In this document: one piece after another, positions 12,940 to 23,751 of the stretch
Layout of the letters: the number at the start of each line of letters is the position of its first letter
How positions within the stretch are numbered: the stretch's first letter is position 1
Source: Mobula hypostoma
Lineage: Eukaryota
DNA length: 64,000 nucleotides
Assembly (NCBI RefSeq): GCF_963921235.1
Contig: NC_086101.1
Coordinates: 8,868,001-8,932,000, forward strand
Reading direction: 5' to 3'
Notes under the pieces: generated by a model
Database searches by the model: none
The model's input: only the letters and a program-made list of their open reading frames with translations
What the model was told of the DNA's origin: nothing
Made by a program: the position numbers and the translations under genes

Positions 12940-13545
12940 GATCGTTTCATTGAACACCTACACTCTGTCCACCAGAGAAAGCAGGATCTCCCAGTGACCA
13001 CATATTTTAATTCCACGTCCCATTCCCAATCTGATCTGTCTATACACGGCCTCCTCTACTGTAAAGATGAAGCCACACTCAGGTTGGAGAAACAACACCT
13101 TATATTCCGTCTGGGTAGCCTCCAACCTGATGGCATGAACATTGACTTCTCTAACTTCCACTAATGCCCCACCTCCCCCTCGTACCCCATCTGTTATTTA
13201 TTTATATACACACATTCTTTCACTCTCTCTCCTTTTTCTGTCCTATGCCTCTTGCCCATCCTCTGGGTTTTCCCCCTCCCGCTTTTCTTTCTCCCTGGGC
13301 CTCCTGTCCCATGATCCTTTCATATCCCTTTTGCCAATCACCTGTCCAGCTCTTGGCTCCATCCCTCCTCCTCCTGTCTTCTCCTATCATTTTGGATCTC
13401 CCCCTCCCCCTCCCACTTTCATATCTCTTACTAGCTCTTCCTTAAGTTAGTCCTGACGAAGGGTCTCGGCCCGAAACGTCGACTGTACGTCTTGCTAGAG
13501 ATGCTGCCTGGCCTGCTGCGTTCACTAGCATCTTTGATGTGTGTA
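12940..13545 (+). mobile_element. PLE 3' end (GIY-YIG C-terminus, UTR, hammerhead, tail)
   Basis: Close reverse-complement homologue of 2610-3210. Confidence 0.88.
13449..13484 (+). ncRNA. Minimal type I hammerhead ribozyme (best-preserved copy)
   Basis: agtc-CTGACGA-a-gggt-ctcg-gccc-GAAA-cGTC-gact; predicted cleavage after C13480. Confidence 0.85.
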
Positions 13546-13869
13546 GCCAGAGGCTTTTCCCAGGGCTGAATGGCTAACACGAGGGCGTACAGTTTTAAGG
13601 TGCTTGGAAGTAGGTACACGGGGATCTCAGGGGTAAGTTTTTCACGCAGGGAGTGGTGGGTGCGTGGAATTCATTGCCAGTGAAGGTGGTAGAGCCAGGT
13701 ACAATAAGATCTTTTAAAAATCTCTTAGATTGGTACATAGTGCTTAGTAAAATAGAGTGCTATGCGGTAGGGAAATTCTAGGTAGCTTAATCTAGAGTAT
13801 ATTACATGGCCGGAATTACGCTGTGGGCCGAAGGGACTGTCATGTGCTGTAGATTTTCTATGTTCTATA

Positions 13870-14400
13870 CTGGATGAACTCAGCAGGTCAGACTGCATCT
13901 ATGGAAATGACAAATGATGAAGAAGGGAGGGGGGACAGAATTATTTTCTGGAAGCAGAAATAAAATTCATGCCATCAGGTTGGAGGGTACCCAGACATAA
14001 TATACGTTGTTTTTCCTTCACACAAGGGAAAGCTATGTACTGACAGGTTGGAATGGGAATGAGAATTGAAATTAAAATGTTTGGCCACCAGGAAGTTCTA
14101 TCTTTGGCAGATGGAGCAGAGGTGTTTGACAAAGCAGTCCCCAATTTACAACAAGTCACATCAATGTAGAGCAACATTGGGAGCGGCAAACTAAATAAAT
14201 GACCCCAGCAGATGAAGTGTTGCCTCAGTTGGAAGGATTTTTTGGGTCCTTGAATGGAGGTGGGGGAGGAGGTGAATAGGTACTTTGGCTGCTTGCTGGG
14301 ATAAGTGTCAGGAGTGAGATTAGTAGGGAGGGTGAATGGACAAGGAAGTCATGGAGGGAGTGATCCCTGCAGAAAGTAGAGAAGGGAGGAGGTAAAGATA
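13870..14400 (-). mobile_element. Old decayed PLE 3' fragment immediately upstream of the TRIM start
   Basis: LGTLQPDGMNF and FCRDHSLHDFLVHS remnants. Confidence 0.7.
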
Positions 14401-14480
14401 TGTTTGAGGACACGAATACAGTGGGGCAAGAGCACCCAGGAGCAGGGTCGGACAACAGGCCAACTGCTGTCTCGCTTTTA

Positions 14481-14731
14481 AGGAATTGCCCCTTTCAGTT
14501 CTGCCTTATATTGAACCAGGTTCCGCGCTCCGGGTTCACTTATATTTATTCAGACCTCTTTAATGTGTTTCTGATCCTACACTGATGTGGAAGTTGCCGC
14601 GATTCCTTCTCAGAGAATACTTGTACCTACGTTACGTTCATTCCCGAGACTGCAGCGCGCCTACTGGACAATCGCGGTACTGCAGGGGTTCAGCAGCTCC
14701 CAAAAGTGAAAGGATCCTGAACCAGGAAGTG
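14481..14731 (+). promoter_or_regulatory. Candidate TRIM proximal regulatory region (IRF-E/ISRE-like and ETS motifs)
   Basis: AAAAGTGAAAG 14702-14712; CAGGAAGTG 14723-14731; TTTCAGTTC 14493-14501; TATATTTAT 14541-14549. Motif matches only. Confidence 0.4.
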
Positions 14732-14743
14732 CCGGGAATTAAC

Positions 14744-15154
14744 ATGGCTTCGAAAGGACAGGTCGAGAGTTGGACCGAGGAAGCCATCTGTCCCATTTGC
14801 TTGGATTTCTTCATCGATCCGGTTATACTGGAGTGTGGACACAACTACTGCCGCTCCTGTATCACACGGTGTTGGGAAAGGGAGGAGAGAAACTCCTGCC
14901 CGGAATGTAGAGAGGCGTTTGCAGACCGCACCCTAAGGGTCAATCGAGCCTTAGCAAATCTGTCTGAGAGAGCTCGAAAACTAAATCTGAATCCGAAAGA
15001 GAAGGAAAGTAAACTTCACTGCGAGGAACATGAGGAAGAACTGAAGCTGTTTTGTGAGACGGACAAGAAACTGATCTGTCTGATCTGTAGAGATGCGCGG
15101 GAACACAAGTCTCACAACTTCATGCCGATGAAAGAAGCTGTTGTAGTTTACAAG
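14744..15154 (+). CDS. TRIM E3 ligase (TRIM39/RFP/nuclear factor 7-like), coding exon 1: RING + B-box2
   Basis: ATG in strong context (aacATGG). C3HC4 RING CPIC..CGHNYCRSC..CPEC; B-box CEEH..FCETD..ICLIC..EHKSH. Donor AAG|gtaaaa, phase 0. Confidence 0.96.
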
Positions 15155-15240
15155 GTAAAAATAACCCGTTTTCGATCGTCTTTTTGTCTGATCCAAAAGT
15201 GTCATCTTTTTGTCTAATCTATTCACTCTTTGATTCCCAG

Positions 15241-15336
15241 GATCAGGTTAAATCTTCCTTAGACTCTCTCACAAAAAAGAAATCGGATTTTCAGGAAATG
15301 GAGCAACAACAGAAAGAGAAGATTTCCGGAGTTCGG
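15241..15336 (+). CDS. TRIM coding exon 2 (96 nt, coiled coil)
   Basis: Acceptor ttcccag|; DQVKSSLDSLTKKKSDFQEMEQQQKEKISGVR; donor |gtgagg. The 96-nt size is typical of B30.2 TRIMs. Confidence 0.93.
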
Positions 15337-15394
15337 GTGAGGCTTCCAGAGCAGAATTTCCATATCGTTGTGTAGTTTTGTTCCCTTTAATGCA

Positions 15395-15560
15395 GAATAG
15401 CAGAGTATCGCAATCCCAGTAGCCTGGGATCGATCCTGACCCCCGGAGCTGTCTGCGTGGAGTTTGCACGTTCTCTCAGTAACCAGTACCTTCTCTGAGC
15501 TGACATTCCATGGTTGGGACGGTATACTGGCTACTGTAATTAACCCTGTGAAGGTGTTTG
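15395..15560 (+). mobile_element. Decayed V-SINE (HE1-like) in TRIM intron 2
   Basis: B-box-like ggatcgatcc followed by the V-domain motif gtggagtttgcacgttctc. Confidence 0.6.
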
Positions 15561-15638
15561 TATGTGAATCAGGTGGGAGTTAATGGGTCAGTGAGGAAGG
15601 CTGGGTTTCAGGGAAATGTGATCGAAGATCTGAGAACC

Positions 15639-16060
15639 ACTTACTTACTGCCTGTTATGCCCCTGGCGTTTAGGACAGCAATGAAGGTCCTCCATCTCTG
15701 GCCGTGTCCATGTCTTCATTGAACATGTCAGTCGCTACTTCTCGGTTTTCACTACTTTCAGTCATGCAGGTCCTGAGTGGAGACTCAGGAATAACATGAC
15801 ACTCAGATGTAGAAAGACTCTTCATTGTTTCCGTAGCAATTCTGTTTTACCTGTCAGTATTGTTAGCCCTGAGCTGAACCCATGAACCTGGAGGACCAGT
15901 AGACCACTCTTACTCTGGCCTCTACCCTTTGACCTGTTTGGCATGGGTGACCCTACCAAGAGTCAAAGCATAAAGCCCACATTCCAGCCAATATAGTTCT
16001 TTGGGTCATTGAGGCACACAAGCCTCCAAACCCAACGGCAAGGATGTGGTCCTCTTGGAT
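15639..16060 (-). mobile_element. Non-autonomous RTE-clade element (5' UTR joined to 3' tail)
   Basis: Minus strand carries ggtagggtcacccatgccaaacaggtcaaagggtagaggccaga (RTE/Expander-like 5' UTR) and ends in a (gtaa)n tail. Confidence 0.6.
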
Positions 16061-16144
16061 GATGATGGGCTGGATAGACCTTCCATATCATAAGGAAATA
16101 CATCAGGGCCAAATAATAAACTAGCCTCTCCTTTCATTCGACAG

Positions 16145-16378
16145 AAACAGTCACAAAGCTTTCAGTCCCAGATCATATCCCAGTTTGATGAACTGCGCCG
16201 GATTATCACCAAGAAAGAGCAGCGCGCGCTCCGAGATCTCAGGGAAGAAGAGGAGAGGATTCTGAATCCAATGGAGATAAATCTTCGAGAGATTCAAGAG
16301 AATCTAAATTCTATTCAGGAGGAAATCTCTAAGTTACAGACACGGATGGATCAGAAGGACAATTTGATATTCCTCATG
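16145..16378 (+). CDS. TRIM coding exon 3 (234 nt, coiled coil)
   Basis: Acceptor cctttcattcgacag|; KQSQSFQSQIISQFDELRRII...DQKDNLIFLM; donor |gtgaga. Confidence 0.92.
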
Positions 16379-17334
16379 GTGAGAGATTTCAGTTTGGTTC
16401 TGTAAAAGTGCAGTCACAAAATGATGTATATTAAATCAGTGTGGGATTTACAAATACTGTAGTTGTAAACTGATTTAAACCTGGCAGATGGTTTCACTGT
16501 TCCGGACTGCTGTCATTCCCAAACCAGCCTCCGACAACATCTATACATCACAGGGCAGTCTGCAACCTTCTCAGGAGTGAGTTACTCTGATCAGAGCACT
16601 GAGCTGGTGATCGTTTCTGTGATTCCCACGTATAATATCCCCTGATAGAGTAACAGCCAATTACGGTCAGAGGCTGTGAGTGTGTCTGGTGTGGTGGGTG
16701 TGAGGGTCTGTCTGCCGATCGTTGGGAACTGAGGTTGACTTGCAGAATGTGACCCACACATCAGATTTACCATCAATATCTGGTTTGTATCAGGTTCACT
16801 GTTTTGGAGAATTTTGTACCATCTGTTTTGTTTTTCTGTTATGTTCTTTTTCAGATTATAATCCCATTTTCCATCAAAGACAGGTCTTTCAGCCCTTCTT
16901 CTCCTATCAGCTTCCCTGCTTCACAAGCAACCTCCCACACCTTCACCACACAGAGCAACAGTGACCCCAACTCCATGGTCCCCCATGTGTTTATGCAGCT
17001 TCCCCATTACATTCAATCTCTGCTGTTCCACTTCAACCTCTCCTGTGGCAGTGAGTCCACGTTCTCTTCACCACATTTCTTGTGGCATTTATTAACAACT
17101 AACTGATGTTCATCTTTGACTTTTGGTCTCTGCCCAAGCAGAAATATTTTCTCTACTCCCACCCCATCAAATCCATTCGGAATCTTAAATTCCTCCATCT
17201 GATTCTCCCTGACATCATATCCAGATAAAAATACAAAACCTGTCCAGTGTCTCCTGTAAGTTCCATCCTCTCAGTTATGGTACAATTTTCATAAACATTC
17301 CTTGCGCTTACTCCCGTGGTTCTGTGTCCCTCTT

Positions 17335-17725
17335 TCATGCTTTATGAAAACAGGTTGAGTGCACTCGTCCCTTTGAGGTTGAGAGGCATTGATCGTGTGG
17401 ATAGTCAGAGGCTCTTTCCCAGGGCTGAAATGAGTGCCACAAGAGGGCACAGGTTTAAGGTGCTTAGGAGTAGGTACAAAGGAGATGTAAGGGGTAGGTT
17501 TTTTTTTACGCAGAGGGTGGTGAGTGTGTGGAATGAGCTGCCGGCAACTGTGGTGGAGGCGAAAATGATAGGGTCTGTTAAGAGACTTTTGGATAGATAC
17601 ATGGAGCTTAGAAAAGTAGGGGGCTATTGGTAGCACTAGTAATTTCTAAGGTAGGGACATGATCTGCACAATTTTGTGGGCCGAAGGGCCTATATTGTGC
17701 TGTAGGTTTTCTGTTTCTATATTTC
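17335..17725 (+). mobile_element. CR1 3' end in TRIM intron 3
   Basis: TRGHRFKV..FFTQRVVSVWNELP; gggccgaagggcc hairpin and tttctat tail. Confidence 0.88.
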
Positions 17726-17855
17726 TTTCACCATCTGTGTTAGTGGGAGTAAGTGGGAATTTTCAGCAGTTTGTAATAACTTGGCTCAGATTCCTGCTGT
17801 TCGGATGCTGACAGCCAGTCTCAGTCAATTGAGATCTGTGTTTTATTTATTTCAG

Positions 17856-17878
17856 GAGGAAGCTCGTCGGAAGAAGAG
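17856..17878 (+). CDS. TRIM coding exon 4 (23 nt micro-exon)
   Basis: Acceptor ttttatttatttcag|; EEARRKK(R); donor |gtagga. A 23-nt exon is typical of this TRIM class. Confidence 0.88.
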
Positions 17879-17974
17879 GTAGGACATGGTCTTTACTGAA
17901 GCTCTGGATGGATTTGTAAAATAGTTCAAACATTGCTGATGATCAATTTATAACCAGCTGTATAATATTTACAG

Positions 17975-18090
17975 GATTAGTGAGGATACCCTGACATTGT
18001 CTGTGACAGATGGTGCCCTACTGGCTGAAAAATTCGATCATCCCTATTTGCTGATAGCATCGGAAAAAGTGTTTGACGGCATTAAGCAAG
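17975..18090 (+). CDS. TRIM coding exon 5 (116 nt linker)
   Basis: Acceptor atttacag|; ISEDTLTLSVTDGALLAEKFDHPYLLIASEKVFDGIKQ; donor G|gtaaaa, phase 1. Confidence 0.88.
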
Positions 18091-18131
18091 GTAAAACGTA
18101 GAGTTTCATTTGTCCTTGTTTATGAGACACA

Positions 18132-18945
18132 GTTTCAAAGGTTCAAAGGTCAGAGAAATGTATACAGTATACATCCTGAAGTGCTTTTTCTTCACAACCA
18201 TCCACGAAAACAGAGAAGTGCCCCAAAGAATGAACGGCAGTCAAATGTTAGAACCCTAATTACCCCTGCTCCCCTGCCTTCCGCGGGTAAGCGCTAACGA
18301 GCAACAGTTCCACTCCCCCCACCGGCAAAATTAAAGCGCACTCACCACCAGCACTCAGCGTGAGCTAAGCCATAGCAAAGACACAGACTTGCAGTTACCC
18401 CAAAGACTACATTGTTCACCCGACAGTTCAACACGCTGCAGGCTCTCTCTCTCCTAATAAGGGAGAAAGAGGTGACTCCATTTATCCAGCCAGCGGGAGA
18501 GATAACAAACAACTCGCTGGATTATGATGTTAAAAGTCCGTTACGTCACTTATACCGAGCCCTGTGCCTGAAGATCGCAAAGAGTCCTGGTCCCCAGGCA
18601 CCCAGCAGATGTTCCAACTCCCCCAATGACACACGGGTCTCCTGTGGTGACACCGACCCTTGATTCGCCCGTCTGCAGTTGCTTGGGATCCTTGGCTTCT
18701 GAAAAGATGCCGAGATCGTGGGCTGAGACTTCAGTATGTTGAATAGCAGCTGATTGTGGAACCCCGAGAGCGGGTCCCATTCTCACAAAGAACCGTAGTC
18801 AGCATCTAACTCCAGGTCAGGGTCTCCAAAAGAACCCTGAAAGGGAAAAACAGAGATATTAAAGATGGAAATAGAGCTGTTTCCGAAGATGCAAGCAAAG
18901 AAGTCACTGTTGGGAGCCATAACAACTTCACTCTGCCTCCTTGAT
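18132..18945 (-). repeat. Unclassified interspersed repeat, probably LINE-derived
   Basis: Short (ttcaaagg)2 tail at the left end and no coding signal; family not identified. Confidence 0.35.
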
Positions 18946-19588
18946 ATAATTAGATGCAAAATATGGCTGTAATAATACGGCTGAAGGGGAACAAGAGACA
19001 ATAAGACATAGGAGCAGAATTAGTCTATCTGGCCCATCTTTGACCCTCCTTTGAACCCTCCCCAATGCCATCACATCTTTTCTCAGATCAGGAGCCCAAA
19101 ACTGTTCACAATACTCAAGGTGAGGCCTCACCAGTGCCTCATAAAGCCTCAGCAACACATCCCTGCTCTTGTATTCTAGATCTCTTGAATTGAATACTAA
19201 CATGGCATTTGCCTTCCTCACCACCGACTCAACCAGCAAGTTAACCTTCAGGTTGTTCTACCCAAGGACTCCCAAGTCTCACTGCATTTCAGATTTTTGG
19301 ATTTTCTCCTCACTTAGAATACAGTCTGCAGATTTATTTCTACCACCAAAGTGCATGACCATGCTTTATCCAATATTGTATTTCATTTTCTCCTTTCTTC
19401 CCCATTCTCCTAATCTGTCTAAGTCCTTCTGCAGCCTACCTACTTCCTCAACACTACCTTCCCCTCCACCAATCTTTGTATCATCTGCCAGCTTGGCAAC
19501 AAAACCATCTATTCCATCATCTAAATCATTTACATACAGCATAAAAAGAAGTGGTCCCAACATCGACCCCTGCGGAACACCACTAGTC

Positions 19589-21775
19589 TGGCACTAGATA
19601 GACTGGCAAATGATACCTAAAGGGTTGACGGTGGATATGCAATGGCAAGCATTTAAAGATCGCATGGATGAACTACAACAATTGTTCATCCCAGTTTGGC
19701 AAAAGAATAAACCAGGGAATGTAGTGCACCCATGGCTGACAAGGGAAATTAGGGATAGTATCAATTCCAAAGAAGAAACATACAAATTAGCCCAAAAAAG
19801 TGGCTCACCTGAGGACTGGGAGAAATTCAGAGTCCAGCAGAGGAGGGCAATGGGCTTAATTAGGAAAGGGAAAAAAGATTATGAGAGAAAGCTGGCAGGG
19901 AACATAAAAACTGACTGTAAAAGCTTTTATAGATATGTGAAAAGAAAAAGATTGGTTAAGACAAATGTAGGTCCGTTACAGTCAGAAACACGTGAATTGA
20001 TCATGGGGAGCAAGGACATGGCAGACCAATTGAATAATTACTTTGGTTCTGTCTTCACTAAGGAGGAGATAAATAATCTTCTGAAAGTAATAGGGGACCG
20101 AGGGTCTAGTGAGATAGAGGAACTGTGGGAAATGCATGTTAGTAAGGAAGTGGTGTTAGGTAAATTGAAGGGATTAAAGGCAGATAAATCCCCAGGGCCA
20201 GATGGTCTGCATCCCAGACTGCTTAAGGAAGTAGCCCAAGAAATCGTGGATTCATTAGTGATAATTTTTCAAAACTCTTTAGATTCTGGATGAGTTCCTG
20301 AGGATTGGAGGGTGGCTAATGTAACCCCACTTTTTAAAAAAAGGAGGGAGAGAGAAACTGGGGAATTATAGACCGGTTAGCCTAATGTCGGTGATGGGGA
20401 AAATGCTAGAGTCAGTTATCAAAAATGTGACAACAGCACATTTAGAAAGCGGTGAAATCATTGGACAAAGTCAGCATGGATTTGTGACAGGAAAATCATG
20501 TCTGACGAATCTCAAAGAATTTTTGAGGATGTAACTAGTAGCGTGGATAGGGGAGAACCGGTGGATGTGTTATATTTAGATTTTGAAAAGGCTTTTGACA
20601 AGGTCCCACACAGGAGATTAGTGTGCAAACTTAAAGCACATGGTGTGGGGGGGGGGGGTATGGTATTGATGTGGATAGAGAATTGGTTGGCAGACAAGAA
20701 GCAAAGAGTGGGAATAAAAGGGACCTTTCCAGAATGGCAGGCAGTGACTAGTGGGGTACCGCAAGGCTCAGTGCTGGGACCCCAATTGTTTACAATATAT
20801 ATTAATGACTTAGACGAGGGAATTAAATGTAGCATCTCCAAGTTTGCGGATGACACGAAGCTGGGCGGCGGTGTCAGCTGTGAGGAGGATGCTAAGAGGA
20901 TGCAGGGTGACTTGGATAGGTTAGGTGAGTGGGCAAATTCATGGCAGATTCAATTTAATGTGGATAAGTGTGAGGTTATCCACTTTGGTGGCAAGAAGAG
21001 GAAAACATATTGTTATCTGAATGGTGGCCAATTAAAAAAAGGGGAGGTGCAACGAGACCTGGGTGTCATTATACACCAGTCATTGAAAGTGGGCATGCAG
21101 GTACAGCAGGTGGTGAAAAAGGCGAATGGTATGCTGGCATTCATAGCAAGAGGATTCGAGTACAGGAGCAGGGAGGTACTACTGCAGTTGTACGAGGCCT
21201 TGGTGAGACCACACCTGGAGTATTGTGCGCAGTTTAGGTCCCCTAATTTGAGGAAAGACATCCTTACCATAGAGGGAGTACAAAGAAGGTTCACCAGATT
21301 GATTCCTGGGATGGCAGGACTTTCATATGATGAAAGACTGGATCGACTAGGCTTATACTGTTTGAAATTTAGAAGATTGAGGGGGGATCTTATTGAAACG
21401 TTAAAAATTCTAAAGGGATTGGACAGGGTAGATGCTGGAATATTGTTCTCGACTTTGGGAAGTCCAGAATGAGGGGTCACAGTTTGAGGGTAAAAGGGAA
21501 GCCTTTTAGGACCGAGATGAGGAAAAACTTCTTCACACAGAGAGTGGTGAATCTGTGGAATTCTCTGCCACAGGAAACAGTAGAGGCCAGTTCATTGACT
21601 ATATATAAGAGGGAGCTAGATATGGCTCTTGTGGCTAGAGGGATCAGGGGGTATGGAGAGAAGGCAGGTACAGGGTTCTGAGTTGGATGATCAGCCATGA
21701 TCATACTGAATGGCGGTGCAGGTTCAAAGGAACGAATGGCCTACTCCTGCACCTATTTTCTATGGTTCTATGTTT
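19589..21775 (+). mobile_element. 5'-truncated, relatively young CR1 (RT domain)
   Basis: ORFs 19610-20293, 20498-21472 ([30 protein letters not shown]) and 21469-21681; ttctatg tail; TSD CTAGTC (19583-88 / 21776-81). Confidence 0.93.
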
Positions 21776-22890
21776 CTAGTCACTGGCAGCCAATGAGAAA
21801 ATGATCCTTTTATTCCCAGTGGCTGCCTCCTACCAATCAACCAACTCTCTAAACATGCCAGTAACTTTCCTGTAATACCATGGGCTCTTAACTTGGTAGC
21901 AGCCTTGTGTGGCACCTTGTCAAAGGCCTTCTGAAAGTCCATTTAGGCAACTTCCCCTTCATCTATCCTATGTGTAATCTCGTCAAAGAATTCCAACAGG
22001 TTTGTCATGCAAGATTTTTCCTGAAGGAAACCATGCTGACTTTGTCCTATCTTGTCCTGTGTCACCAAGTACTCCATAACCTCAACCTTAATAATTGACT
22101 CGAACATCTTCCCATCCACTGAGGTCAGGCTAACTGTTCATAATATCCTTTCTGCTATCTTCCTCTTTTAAAGAATGGAGTGACATTTGCAATTTTCCAG
22201 TTGTCTGGCACCATGCCGGATTGCAATGATTTTTGAAAGATCATTTCTAATGCCTCCACAATCTGTACCGCTATCTGTTTCAGACCCCGAGTGTGCAGTT
22301 CATCTGGTCCGGGTGACTAATGTACCCTTGAGTCTTTCAGCTTTTTGAGCACATTCTCCCTTTTAAAATTAACTGCACTCACTTAGTTCATCTGCCACCT
22401 CCCTGGCCTCCGTTATTATTTCTCCGGCCTCATTTTCTAGCGATCCTACATCCACACTAATCTCTTTTTTTATTTTTACATACAGTACTTGAAAAAGCTT
22501 TTACTATCCACTTTGATATTGCTTGCTAGCTTGCTTTCATATTTCATCTTCTTCCTCCTAATGATTCTTTTAGTTGTACTGTGTAGTTTTCAAAAGCTTT
22601 TCAATCCTTTCTTCCCGCTAATTTTTGCTTTGTTTTATGCCTTTTCCTTTGCTTTTACATTACCTTTGACCTCCCTTGTATTATTTTTCCATTTGAGTAT
22701 TTCTTTGTTTTTGGAATACACCATTCCTGCACCTTCTCATTTTCTCCCAGAAACTCACTCCATTGCTGCTCTGCTGTCATCCCTGCCACCATCTCCTCCC
22801 AAATTATTTTGTCCAAGTCCTTTCACCTATCACTGTAAATTCCCTTATTCCACTGTATTACTGCTATGTCAGACTTTAATTTCTCCCTAT

Positions 22891-23751
22891 TGTTACGTAC
22901 CCCGTAACTGGGTTGCCAAACCAGCAGAAATGGATCACTCAGTTGGAGTCTGGATTACTAGAACTAAGGAAGTTTTATTAAAGAAACAAGCAACACAGTA
23001 ATCGAAAGGATAATAAATGCAACAGTTCAGCAATGATAACCACACATGTGCACAGAATTAAGATAACAGCATCAATCAAGCTCTATCGTTGTCTAGGGGT
23101 AAATGACCAAATTTAAAAGTGACTCAAAGTTCAGTCCAGTTTAGTAGTTCAGTTCGCAGTAATCGCTGCCACGGCGATGGACAACGTGGGGGGAGAGAGA
23201 GAGGGAACAGGAACAACTGATCATTCAGACACGGCTTCACTCACAGACCGACGATATGGCTCACAAGCAGCTTTTGGGCGGGTCCTTGGTGATGTCACCT
23301 GACGTCACCGACTGTGACCCCTCCTCCAGATGCGGTCGATCCTCTGCAGTGAACCCGGCACCCAGGCAAGGGCGGACACACACCGGGTTCCCGCTGATCG
23401 TACCTTTCCACCCTGGCCGTTGTCTGGTACTTTCCACTGACTCGTGAGAAGCGTACCGCTTCCAGGGTCTCGTTACCTCGGGTGGCGTGTGTCCTGCCTT
23501 AGCGAACTGGTCCCTTTTTATCCCCCTGCTGGGGTATCGCCTGTCCATCACTTCAAACAGTTCAAGGTTCAAAGGGGGGAGCCGCTCCAGACAGCTCTCT
23601 CTCCCCCGTCCCTTCATTACACATCTCCAGACGCTGCTCCATTGTTCCTTATCTCTCCTTCCCCTGAGGGCAGGTGGCAGACCACTTGCTGATGTCACTG
23701 ATGCTAACCTAGGCCAGCAAACATCTTAATTTTATGTGTATTCTCGTCACA
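22891..23751 (-). mobile_element. Solo LTR, 861 bp, same family as 9826-10667
   Basis: TGTTAC...GTCACA termini; TSD CTAT (22887-90 / 23752-55); minus-strand AATAAA at 22974-79. Confidence 0.9.

Noticed and set aside
14585..14743. 53-codon N-terminal extension of the TRIM ORF
   Set aside because: ATG 14744 has a strong Kozak context and sits the usual short distance before the RING; the extension has no domain character.
9826..23751. One full-length LTR retrotransposon that captured TRIM exons 1-5
   Set aside because: Each LTR has its own distinct TSD, they are diverged, and no gag/pol lies between them.
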